A program made the translations under genes and the position numbers. Below are positions 13,101 through 23,615 of a stretch of 64,000 nucleotides of DNA, piece after piece (positions within the stretch are counted from its first letter, which is position 1; every line of letters begins with the position of its first letter). Under the pieces are notes generated by a model. It was not told where the DNA came from. It was given only the letters and a program-made list of their open reading frames with translations, and did no database searches. Source of the stretch: Saccostrea cucullata (lineage: Eukaryota); assembly GCF_032062105.1 (NCBI RefSeq), contig NW_026929376.1, positions 186,001 to 250,000 on the forward strand, read 5' to 3'.

Positions 13101-16100
13101 TTTTTGTCGTTATAAATGAGCCAGATTTACATAATATAACTCCCAAATAGTTAAATTCTGTTACTACATCTATTTTCTTATCATCATACTGCATCTGTAT
13201 ATTTTCTTCACGTCTACTTTTCCTGAATATTAATATTTTTGATTTGTCGATATTTATCTTTAAATTCCATTTTTTACAATATTTACAGAAGCTATCTAGT
13301 TGTTTTCGTAGCTCTTCAGAAGATTCTGCAACCAATACAGTGTCATCTGCGTATAAGATTGCAAATAATTTAAAAAATATATTTAGTTTGTTTTCAAACA
13401 TTTCTGATATGGTTGATGAACCTTCAATATTGGATGCATTCAGGAAATCATGTAAATCATTAAGATACATAGAAAATAAAAACGATGACATATTTTCACC
13501 CTGTCTAACACCATTTGCACATTGAAAATCAAAGTACTCAGAAGTACAGAGAGCCGGGTTCATTTACAGAGTAGAATGGATTTCTTACATGAATCACGTT
13601 TATATTCTGATGAAAAAAAATTATTTTAAAACTATCAATATAAATGATAAGACACTGACAGTGAGTTTTTCAATCCTAATACCACGGTCCGATTTTGTCA
13701 GAATCAGAATTAATCTGGTACCGCAGCTGAATGTAAACAAACAGGCCAGTCTGGTTCCCTCTCCTGCTTTACCTCGTATGTGTAGAGAACTACGGTAACA
13801 CTGATTATCAAAAATCCTTACGCTAATGAACTATGTTCTTTGACTTATGAAGTTTTCAAAGTCATTACTACTAATGTTTATTTTATATAGATAAAACTTC
13901 GTTTTATTTTTGTTGCTTTATTTAGCGTTTGTATTATCTCAAAAGCGGTTGAGAGTAAGAACTATATTTTTGCACGTAACTTTAAAATGGCGACTATGGG
14001 GTCAACATCCTGCCTTGAACAGGATCACATAAGCCGGCAATTGCTCTTTGAGCAATAAGCCCGGCTAAAAATCTGACTGTTCTTGATTATAGACAATTCT
14101 GGATTTTATCTGACTGTACATATTCAAAATAATGTCATACATTTTGCCGTTAATATTCTGAGATAAAAGTTTAAACCACAACGCTTTCAAGATTTCATTT
14201 GGTCATGTATCAGATCTAATTGTTTTCACAATAAAGGCTTGAAGACAGATACACCATTTTTTTTCTGAGAGAGAGAGAGAGAGAGAACAATGGAAGGGTC
14301 ATTTGTTTGTGTCAAATTAAAAGTCGCAGTAGCGATTTCAAAATTTTTAGAAACTATCTAAAACTTCTGTGATGATTTTAGTTATATATAAATCGGTATT
14401 CGCAACATATTTTTTTTTCGTCATTAATTGGGTTTCATGTATCTCAGAACATTCATTGTAAAGAGGAAATGAGAGCAAAATAAAGCTAGCCAAACAAATG
14501 ACATATACGTATCTATACGGAAACATAGTAAGACCAAATATATAAACACAGAATTACAAAATCGAATTTGATTTCCTTGTAGACGGCAAATTATCGGAAA
14601 AGCAACGAAAGAAGTGGATTTGTTACAAAGTCCATTAACTGGTAATTTAAAGGAATCGCTAGATCTAAACAGTATCAATTTGGACTCCGTTTTCCGTTGC
14701 GTGAAGGCCCTGAATCTAGTTTCTGAGGGCGTTAGATTATACACCATGGCTGCTAAAACAAAATCCCAGATACTATATATAAATCGATTTCACTTTATCA
14801 GCGGATATGCGAGATCGTGCTTAATTTAAAAAGACAGGATAAACGAAAATCTCTTAGCTTAAGGATTAAACGAAAACTAATTTGCAGCAAAAACGCGAAT
14901 ATGTAATTGTGTGAAAGAAAATTATGATAGTAATCAGCCGTGACAGGGTTAATTTTTATGTACAGAATTTTAATATCCACTTTATAACTTTTTATATTGA
15001 AAATTCTTTGTGAATTATCATTTTCCTCTTTTTATTCAAATATGAATAATTTGCACCTTAAACGTATACGTACATTGTGTATTTATAATAACTTTTTACA
15101 TTTTATAATTTTATTTATTACTAACTTTATAATTTTTTTAATTAAAAAAATATAGAAACTATTTTCACATTGCTTCGTTTTCCCTGGTCGTATTTGTACT
15201 TATTATGAATTTTATATTTAAACAACAAATTTTTAATCAGTATTTGTGGACTTAAAAAGTTTCCAAATCAATATACAAATACATATTTCTGGTAATATAT
15301 ATGTGCAAATAGGTCCAGAAGAACATACTTTTTTTAATTTTGTTCTACATTTACATATTTGTTTTGGCTGATAGTTTAAATGAAAAACATGTACAATGTT
15401 CTTTTATATAGCTATTGAAAGATCTAAAACATTTAGAAAAGCAAAATTTTCAGCATACCTAGGCAAGTTAAAATTTCTTGTTATTCCAGAAGCAAAGAAT
15501 TCAATTTCAATCGGTAGTCAAAATATCATGTATGCTTTTTCCTAAGGATTTTTCTTAATTTTTTTTTTTTACTTCATTATTATCTTTTTAATTGTTTATT
15601 TTTTCTTTTTTTTAAATTATGTTTTATCTCATTCATTTATTTTTTTTTTGTTTTCGTTTTGTTTTGCCTATTTTTTCTACCATTTTAAAAAAAATATGTA
15701 CATTTTATCTTGCAAAGGTACGATACCACATATTTATAATTATATTTCATTCTTAAAATTTGCATCGTTTTTTGCCAGTGACTTTTTGTTTTGTGGTGTT
15801 GTCAATAAAACGAGCTTTAGCTGAATTGTGTGGACCCGAGTTAACAACAAATATTTCTTTACACACTCATCAGTTTACTACCCTGTTCTAAATGAAACAG
15901 ATTATGGCAATAATGGTACCAAGGCGACATAGTTCTGACAAGTTATTACCTCTGCTACTTATAAATAGTCGAGGAATCTTCATAATTATCCTAGATAAAC
16001 ACATTTTTCTTTGTAAACATTCTTTTACACGAATAGAGAGACTAAGAAATTTATTATTAAATGTATTTATCATATTCTGGATTATAATTTTGAGGGGTAA

Positions 16101-16544
16101 AATGTGCATTATAGGTATAGACCGGTACCTTAACATTCTGTTTTCAGAACGATGAAGATAAAACTCGTAGCACTTATACAAGTCTTAGTCTATTACTGGA
16201 GCATCCGTAATAACATGCAGATGTGCATGTACCTACCTCCCACCACAGAATAAATATAACCACAACCCAGCAAAGGTCGAGAGGTTTAGAAAGAAAGTAG
16301 ATCTTTCAATACAATGGGTTAATATGCCATTGTTTCTGACCCAATGCTGTTAGAAAATTGAATGCATGATAGCAATGTTTCTTTCTGTTTTCTGATTTCT
16401 TGACACTGATCAAAAGAGTATGTCCGTCGATTTTGTGTCAAGCCATAAAATTAGTCTTAAGCTTGGTAAATATGTACATTCTGTATGTTCATGTATTAGA
16501 CTATTAATTATACGTGAAAAATAAAATTATCTAATATTAGACCT

Positions 16545-16580
<36 letters not shown>

Positions 16581-18538
16581 TGCGATACATAGTGTACCAT
16601 TCTTCAGTGGCCCTAATGAATGGCGGGTAACTGAGGTATACTCGATTCTCTCACTCAGGTAACTCATATGACACGTGGAGTTAGTAATTTTTTACGTAGA
16701 ACTTGAGTCTATGGTGTCTAAGTGATAAACGAAGCCTCGTGGCTTCTACATGGTCGTATTTGCGTCTATCCACATACCATCCATCGTTAAAATAATTACC
16801 ATTCTGACGCAGGAATAACTTGGTCTCATTTTCTGTTAATGAGTTATAGTTGTGCCAAATTGACAAAGACGCACGTGGGTACCATATGGACACCATTTAA
16901 GAATGTTGACCGGTTAACCAAGGTAACTCGGCAATTAATAGAGCAAAGTGCATTCCTATCCACTTCAAATGGAAGTCTGTATCGTATCATACCTATATTT
17001 CCATTACTTCATTGACAACTTAAAGTAGGTGTTTTGCTTCCGGTTTGTGCTAAATATATTCAAACTTTCTTATTTTATAACAGCTCATTTCTGATCAGAT
17101 AATTTTTTTTAACAGTATTCTCACCAAAATCAATACTATTTAAAATCCATATTGAAATTCAATGCAAAAAATCTGCTTTAAAAATTCCAATGCCCCTATT
17201 TTTCCTTATCTTGTTCTCCTACATGCTGGTGTATTTGATGTATTAATTTACAATGCCTTAATTGTGATCAATGACCAGGCATTAGAATTTCCAGTTTTCA
17301 CAGACTTTACCCACAGCTTACAGAATTTATTGGACGGGCATATTATAATTTAAATGAGGATGCGTAATTGTGCAACCTTTAAAAAATCTCTAAAAAGCAA
17401 CTTAAATTCAACTTTGGCCTCGTAATATTTTTTTTTATTATCCTTTAATATTTCTCCTTTTTGTATGAAAATTAAAATGTATGAAGAGTCGGGACCATGC
17501 AGCGTTTCAAAGATTTCTATTGCAATTTTGAGCTTTGCGATTTTCTTTTTCCATTTTGTAAGTTTCAACTTCTGAATGGAGGGTCAAGAAATAAAAAAAA
17601 AAACAAACAAGATTTTTATTATTTTACATATTTATTTATTTACATTTCAAAAGAATATTCCCATCGCACTTGAGATGCCTGAAAATGTGACATACAGACA
17701 CATTTCCCTAGTTCTGGTATGCAGTAACATGTATTTTTGCCTTGTTATATTGTACAACCTACGTCTATTATTCTTCATAATTCACAATAAAAACAATAAT
17801 ACCCAACAATTCTATATTCAGACTGAAAATATTAGGTTATTGTGACAATAAAATGTTAAATTCCTGAAAGTGATCGTTAACGGGTTGTTAAAATATTTTT
17901 ATTGCATCATCGATTCTTCGGACCTTGTTTTAGTTGATGTCAGTTATATTATTCTGGTAGATACAGGAAACTTCAAACCCGATAAAAAGCTAATTACCAG
18001 AAACGGTGGTGTGATAATACCCTTAAAATGATAGTTTCATGTCTATTCAATCCTCCTAAAACATTTCATGAAACAAAAGAAGAAGGATTGAATAAAAATC
18101 GATACCGAATACATGTATATAATCTTATTCCCAAGTCAATTGAATAATGCATAAAGAATTTATTCTGTGGTAAGTAATATGTTTTATATTACAGACTCAG
18201 CTAAATTATTTGAAATAGTTTCGAAGCTTAATACACCAATACACAGAAAACGATCTGCTAATAATATAAATCATCAAAGACATGTCGATAACGCACCAGA
18301 TATGTCATAAAACACAAAACTTTTCTGCAATATCACATTTCTTTTGTAACAGATATCAATCAATAGAGAGATAATGCTACTCACCATTTTTCTCCAGGCT
18401 TTTTAGAAGAATTCCCTCTAAGAACGTGGCTTGATGAGTGTTAGATTTGGCTGAGGACTTCCATTCCTTAGCGAGATTATCTTCATTCATATAGAATTTA
18501 AATCTGGCCTGGACATTGTAATGCGGTAGACTGGACAT
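7150..18538 (-). CDS. Uncharacterised 234-aa protein, 3 coding exons (18538-18385, 10956-10801, 7544-7150); from memory resembles the invertebrate DUF7153-type family
   Basis: GT-AG introns with matching phase 1/1 join into one frame: MSSLPHYNVQARFKFY...FLEGILLKSLEKN-A-QYSYVDYSVF...RIIQP-E-FYDEIEC...LWSTWSGAKFI...FAYLILCEC...RRCGLVGLYKVERYY...*. Total 705 nt = 235 codons. Confidence 0.8.
7735..7810. repeat. Fragment of a Penelope-associated terminal repeat
   Basis: gatcaggtgcc...gaggagtaagcatcccctgtcgactggtcaca matches 57167-57215 and, inverted, ~59240-59290. Confidence 0.55.
7945..8410 (+). mobile_element. Degenerate HINE/Helentron-type element, same family as 25458-26542
   Basis: agagaccagaaga...gtcgtctgtc...ctgtaaacaat...ttttggtctg.tttcaata matches the reverse complement of 26400-26530; contains decayed 156-bp units. 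Confidence 0.6.
11050..11406 (+). mobile_element. Decayed 3' part of a HINE carrying Cg170-like units
   Basis: gacccctag..gtaggacggggcc unit remnants and a terminal aggtgagcgttctgacctataggcct motif resembling 54132-54166. Confidence 0.45.
11986..13526 (-). mobile_element. 5'-truncated non-LTR retrotransposon (RTE-X-like); RT C-terminal half with intact frame
   Basis: GVRQGEN.S, LYADDTVL, FNYLGV, LLYGCEVWG and a C-terminal CPHC-x7-EFHYILKC zinc knuckle (stop at 12169); 3' UTR with AATAAA followed by a (TGAT)n tail at 11986-12004. Confidence 0.9.
13527..14071 (-). mobile_element. Full-length ~545-bp HINE/Helentron-type non-autonomous element, copy 1
   Basis: Near-identical inverted copy of 40574-41118. 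5' hairpin agccgg..attgctc-aaa-gagcaat..ccggct; 3' subterminal cccggct plus hairpin gtact-tctg-agtac; T-rich ends. Confidence 0.8.
14267..14286. repeat. (GA)n microsatellite
   Basis: About 10 GA units. Confidence 0.9.
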
Positions 18539-18625
18539 TATGCCATCTTACTACCTCCACATATCCAGCTTATTTGATCCATTCAAGGAATGAAACCTTG
18601 ATACCGAGATACAATCGAACACCCG

Positions 18626-18831
18626 CAAAACTGAGTCGTGTTAAAACACCGAAAAAAATGTTTCGAATCAAATCATAGTAATGATTGATTTATTCACAAA
18701 TATGATTTAGCCAAATCTTTCAATATCCCAAAACTGAGTCGTTTAAAACACCGAAAAAATGCTTTGAATCAAATCATAGTAATGATTGATTTATTCACAA
18801 ATATTATTGAGCTAAATATTTCAATATCCCA
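18626..18831. repeat. Tandem duplication of ~103 bp, 2 copies
   Basis: caaaactgagtcgt..aaaacaccgaaaaaa..gaatcaaatcatagtaatgattgatttattcacaaatat..ttcaatatccc occurs twice in direct orientation. Confidence 0.85.
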
Positions 18832-20747
18832 AATATTTCCCTCCAGGCGACAAAAGTCCTCCTCCCCGAGTGAGTTGTCAAATCGTTCCTCGACCTTGTC
18901 GCTTAGCCTCGCGTTTGATTACACAGTTACATTATGTTTCATCAATGTAAACGTCCGAACTTGTGGGATCCAGATGATTTAAACTCATAATTTCACAGGA
19001 TATAGATTTTCCTTACATCCGCGAACTCCCCGTTATCGAAATGTCGCATCACACGGACAGGGAGGAATTAGATCTATAGTGGCATCACTCCGAAATCTCG
19101 TACTTCTTACGCCGTATTACCAGATGCCTCGCTCACTACACCAGTACTTGTTCCTGGGAGTAAATATTGTTGCTCAACTCGCCAAAATCTCACAATTAGG
19201 TCTTTACTACTTCATAAATCACTAGCATATGTGCTGGGTGTCAGCGATACTGGTGCTGCTGGTACATATTCTACATCAAGTAATTATTTCATCTAGGAAT
19301 GAGGGACATATTTCCTACATATATACTTAATGATATTTCTGTTTGTACAATATACACACGGCGTATCACCCTGATGGCAGTACAAGTCAAGTCGCTGACG
19401 CAATATTTTCAGTCTGCGGGGAGTTTGAAGAGAGGTTTTGGTGACAGAGCGGGGATTGTCTTGCAGAAAAAAGGTGACAGTGCATCAAGGCTTGGAATAC
19501 ATTTTTAGCGATAATTCTGACATTTAGAAGGGAGGATATTATCTTCTTGAGAGCCTGAGATCGATTTAATGGTGTATCTAACAGCCTGGTGCCAAAAAAT
19601 ATCTGACACTGATAACGGTGTCTTTACATCAAGCCAACGACAAATTTACCGTTTACAACCAGAAAAATCCATATGTAAAGAGAAAACTGCATTTTGTACA
19701 TTTCTCAGACACTTTAATTATATAGATAGTGCCTTGCCAAGTAGGATTTATTATACATTATGGGATTTGATTGTTATAGATCTGTACGGTGTACAGGGTT
19801 TTGAAATAATTGTAATAATTTGATAAATTTGTTCTATTAAAATTACCATGGAAAATTTTCACGATTACAGCATTTTGGCGAAACAATAGCATATGTATAA
19901 CTCATATTTATCTCCGCCAAGGAAGTTTTGTATTTGATGTATCTTTATTTTTGCCCGTTTGTCTGTCTGTAATTGGTCATGTACATTTCTACATTTAAAA
20001 GATGCCTGGATATCCTTCGTTATATTTTACAGACCAACTATAAGTGCGTATATATGATGAGCCACTGTCTCAAGCCACGGTCCGGAGTCCGCATACCTAG
20101 AATGGGAGAGGATCGTACATTTTGGCCGTGGTGTGCGAAGATGATGATGAGCAAGCTAGGGTAAGCTCTTCCAAACTGCAAATTTTAATCAGGGATTTTA
20201 GCGTCAGAGCAAGCTAGACTGTCTTTATTATTCATTGAAATACGTCTAATCTTTGTCTATTTTTTGTTGATTTTTAATAAAGTGGCGTCTAAAAAAATCA
20301 AAATTCTCAATTATGATTATTTAAAAAATCTAAAAATTTTCGAGTGTAACTATCTGTCAAACACTCGATCAGAATTTCCTTTATATTTTTACAGCTCGGT
20401 AGTACATGTACACTCATCCGTATGTGTCCCCTGCCCTTACAGTGTTCCTCAACACACCCCTTCCTCTGAAAGCTACGATACGCATTAATTTTACGTATAA
20501 ATGGTCAAAAAGTAAAAATCACTTCGAAATACTTCATTTTTTCTTGTTTAAATTTATTCAATTTTCATTAATTATTCATTTTATTTATTTGTTAATTAAT
20601 TAATTAATTTATTTTATTTATTTATAGTGTATATGATAATAATATAAATGTGTCCCTTTCGAGGTCCTCCGTAGTTTTTTTTTCTCCTTTTAGAGTTATC
20701 TCCCGTATGCCGTTTACTATCAGTGGCCGGTGTCTATGGTATGACCA

Positions 20748-23477
20748 ATGGATAAGTTCCGTCTACTGGAGAACGTCCATACATCGCTTACCCCCGTCGT
20801 CACCGACGCCGCGCTGGTTCGTGGAGATTACATGTATTATCACTACGGCTGTGACGGGGTAGATGATAGGGTAAGTAATAACATCTGTAAGCGAATATTT
20901 TCTCTGTTTACAAAATTTTCCCACGTGTGGGAGGCTCACTACAGGTAAAAATGCATTCTTAAAAAATATAGCTCACTCAACTTTGGTATTTAGAATAATG
21001 AACTCACTGACAAAATAAGTACCTCGACGATAAATGAAATACTGAAAAAAATATTTTAATTATTGCCTTTAGTAATCACTCGGTCAAAATTGATACGGTG
21101 TCTGAATAATTAAATATTTATATTAAAATAAAATTGTACAAATCCTTCTTTCAAATTGAATCAGCATGTTTTAGGGACAAGGCACGTATTATCTGGGGCG
21201 GGGGTGGGGGTGGGGAGGGGGTAGTCGCTGGCTCCCAATTTTTTTCCTAGCTGTATATTAGTAGCTCGCTGGTCTAAAAATTTCAGTGGATGGATGACCT
21301 GTCAGGTCCGTCTGTGCAAAATTAAAATTCTTTGTTGATAATTAGATACTTTTTTTTCAAAAAGTCAGAAAATGTGTCTTTTTACTGTCTATTGAGATTT
21401 TTATTAAAGATTTAAAATTTTATCCAATTTTGAAAAAAAATTCCCTCCCACCCTCCCGTGTTTGAAACCCTCCAGACGGCAATTTCAAACAAGCAATTTT
21501 TAAGGATGGCCGTGGTAGTCTCAGTGTTTAAGACAATTCATTAATTAGCATCTTTGAATAATTTTATACGATTTTTGAACACATTGCAGACATGAGTATT
21601 TTCTATAAAAGTTAATAATAGGTAATTTAAAATTTATCAGGGATGGGGTTGTGGATATCGCACACTTCAGACGATGTGTTCCTGGATAAGAGGACAACGA
21701 GGAGAGAGCATGCGCGAAGTTCCATCACTAAGGAAAATTCAAAACGCACTGGTTGCTATGGACGACAAGCCAGACTCATTCGCTGGTTCCAAAAACTGGA
21801 TAGGAAGCTTTGAAATATGCATTTGCATTGACTACTTTTATGAGGTAAACTATATGCTTTAAGTTTTTATTACACGAAAATAGAAAAATCGAAATGAGCT
21901 TTCTGATCAAAGATTTTTCGTCGCATGTAAATTATTGCTTGACATGTGTCGCGGGAAACAACTAGGCGTTACAACTGACCATCCAAAATAAATGACGTAG
22001 AATTAACCGTTACTTTGGATTTCTAATATGTGCATTCGGGAAGAGTCCTAAGAATACGGCTTTACTACTTCCGGCCAACAGCGCCATTCATTATCCCTGC
22101 CAACATTCCCTTTCCCGATCAACGACATATTATATTTTTGACCCAAACTATGTGATCACAAATCTGCCATAAAAGACAAAATCCCGGTATTGAAGACATT
22201 TGTACAGTTTCCCTATAATGTGTGCTGGTTCAAATTTAACTTATCTTGGTCTTTTGGGATAACATGCTCTTACTGGTATAAATGACTATTATATTTTCTT
22301 TAAAGAATGTCAAATACCCTGGTACATGTTTAAAAAGCAATTTCTAGTATTTAATTTTGTACCTTAAGATATGCTAAAATTCTTTGGATTTTACTTATAA
22401 ATCAGTAATTTTATTTTGGAAGAATTAAAACAATTAAATCCAAATTAGATATGCGTTTAATATCTATTTCAAGGTTCCATGTAGGTTAATTCACGTAACT
22501 TCTGGAGAAAAACTGATTGAATATCTACCAGACCTTCAGAAGCACTTCCAGGAGATAGGCTCAGTTATAATGATGGGTAAAGTTTTCACTCTTTATCAGT
22601 TATTTAAGGTTTATTGACCCCTCTCATAAGAGAGGTAACTCGTACTAAGGTAAATAACTGTTATTTATTTTTTTTTTAATAGTCAAGTTAAAAGCTCATT
22701 TTTTTTTTCAAACTTTGCGCAGCAAGTTTTGTTGAATTATGTACATTTCAACTTCAAATTATTTGTTTTGTAAATTCAGGAAAGTCATAAAAATTAGATT
22801 TAGAATTTTATATGAGTGATTGAACAGTGCGGTGTTGAACCCTGTTTTTGTTGTGAAAAAAGTGACATCTACCAAAAAAATATCTGTAAAATGTAGTCGA
22901 AATAAAGAATTACAGAAATGCAGTATTATACTGACGGGTTTTTTTTGCCTGTTGTTATATGTACACAGGCGGTGATACAGACAACGCTTCCAAAGGAATA
23001 GTAGGAGTCTCCATGGAAAAGAAGTCCCTGCTAGTTATAGTAAGTACATTGTACCTTATTTATCTGTTAGCTTTATTGTCTTAATTGTGAAACGAGACAC
23101 AAATGGTCAGTTTGCTTTTATTGTTTTAACAAATTTCAGATGATATCAGAAAATAAACCTATTGAACAAAAATCAAATAAAAATCATGATTCATAAATAA
23201 TCCACCGAAATCCATACACGATTTATCATACCTTTTGATTTACTTATATTTGATAATTACAGTGTATAGTCTATAACATTACTTACTTTTTGATGGATTA
23301 TATAATAATATTCTATAACTTTTCTGTTTAATCTCGTTTAAGGATCCTCATTACTATGGAGATATTACGACTGTAACAGAACTCTATGACAAAGACATGG
23401 TATCCTGGCGGCCATTAGATTCATTTCTTCACCATTCCTTTTATAACTTTTGTTTACCTCAACTTAAAGCAAAGTAA
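20748..23477 (+). CDS. UFSP1: Ufm1-specific protease 1 (peptidase C78), 211 aa; exons 20748-20870, 21641-21844, 22474-22576, 22969-23039, 23343-23477
   Basis: Spliced frame gives [23 protein letters not shown] (catalytic Cys), [20 protein letters not shown] and DPHY (catalytic Asp/His), ending FYNFCLPQ. It is short and lacks the long N-terminal domain of UFSP2. All introns are GT-AG and in phase. Confidence 0.93.
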
Positions 23478-23615
23478 TATCTTATTGTCTTTATTGCCTC
23501 GGTTTTCTGGATTTGAAGAACAAAAAAGTTAACAATGCATACAGTAGATAAAAATAGAAAGCGATATGTTTTGATAGAGGATTCTACAGCATATTGTACA
23601 AATATGGAGTCTTTG

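Noticed and set aside
13589-13798. Duplicated ORF (also 40846-41133) as a small gene family
   Set aside because: Both lie inside copies of the same non-autonomous element.
16546-16900. Poly-T tract followed by GC-richer sequence (retrocopy tail or antisense 78-nt exon 16581-16658)
   Set aside because: No TSD, no partner exons and no recognisable product; cannot be supported.
19040-19660. GC-richer blocks between the DUF-like gene and UFSP1 as coding exons
   Set aside because: Stops interrupt the frames and UFSP1 has an in-frame stop just before its ATG; at most 5' UTR or promoter sequence.
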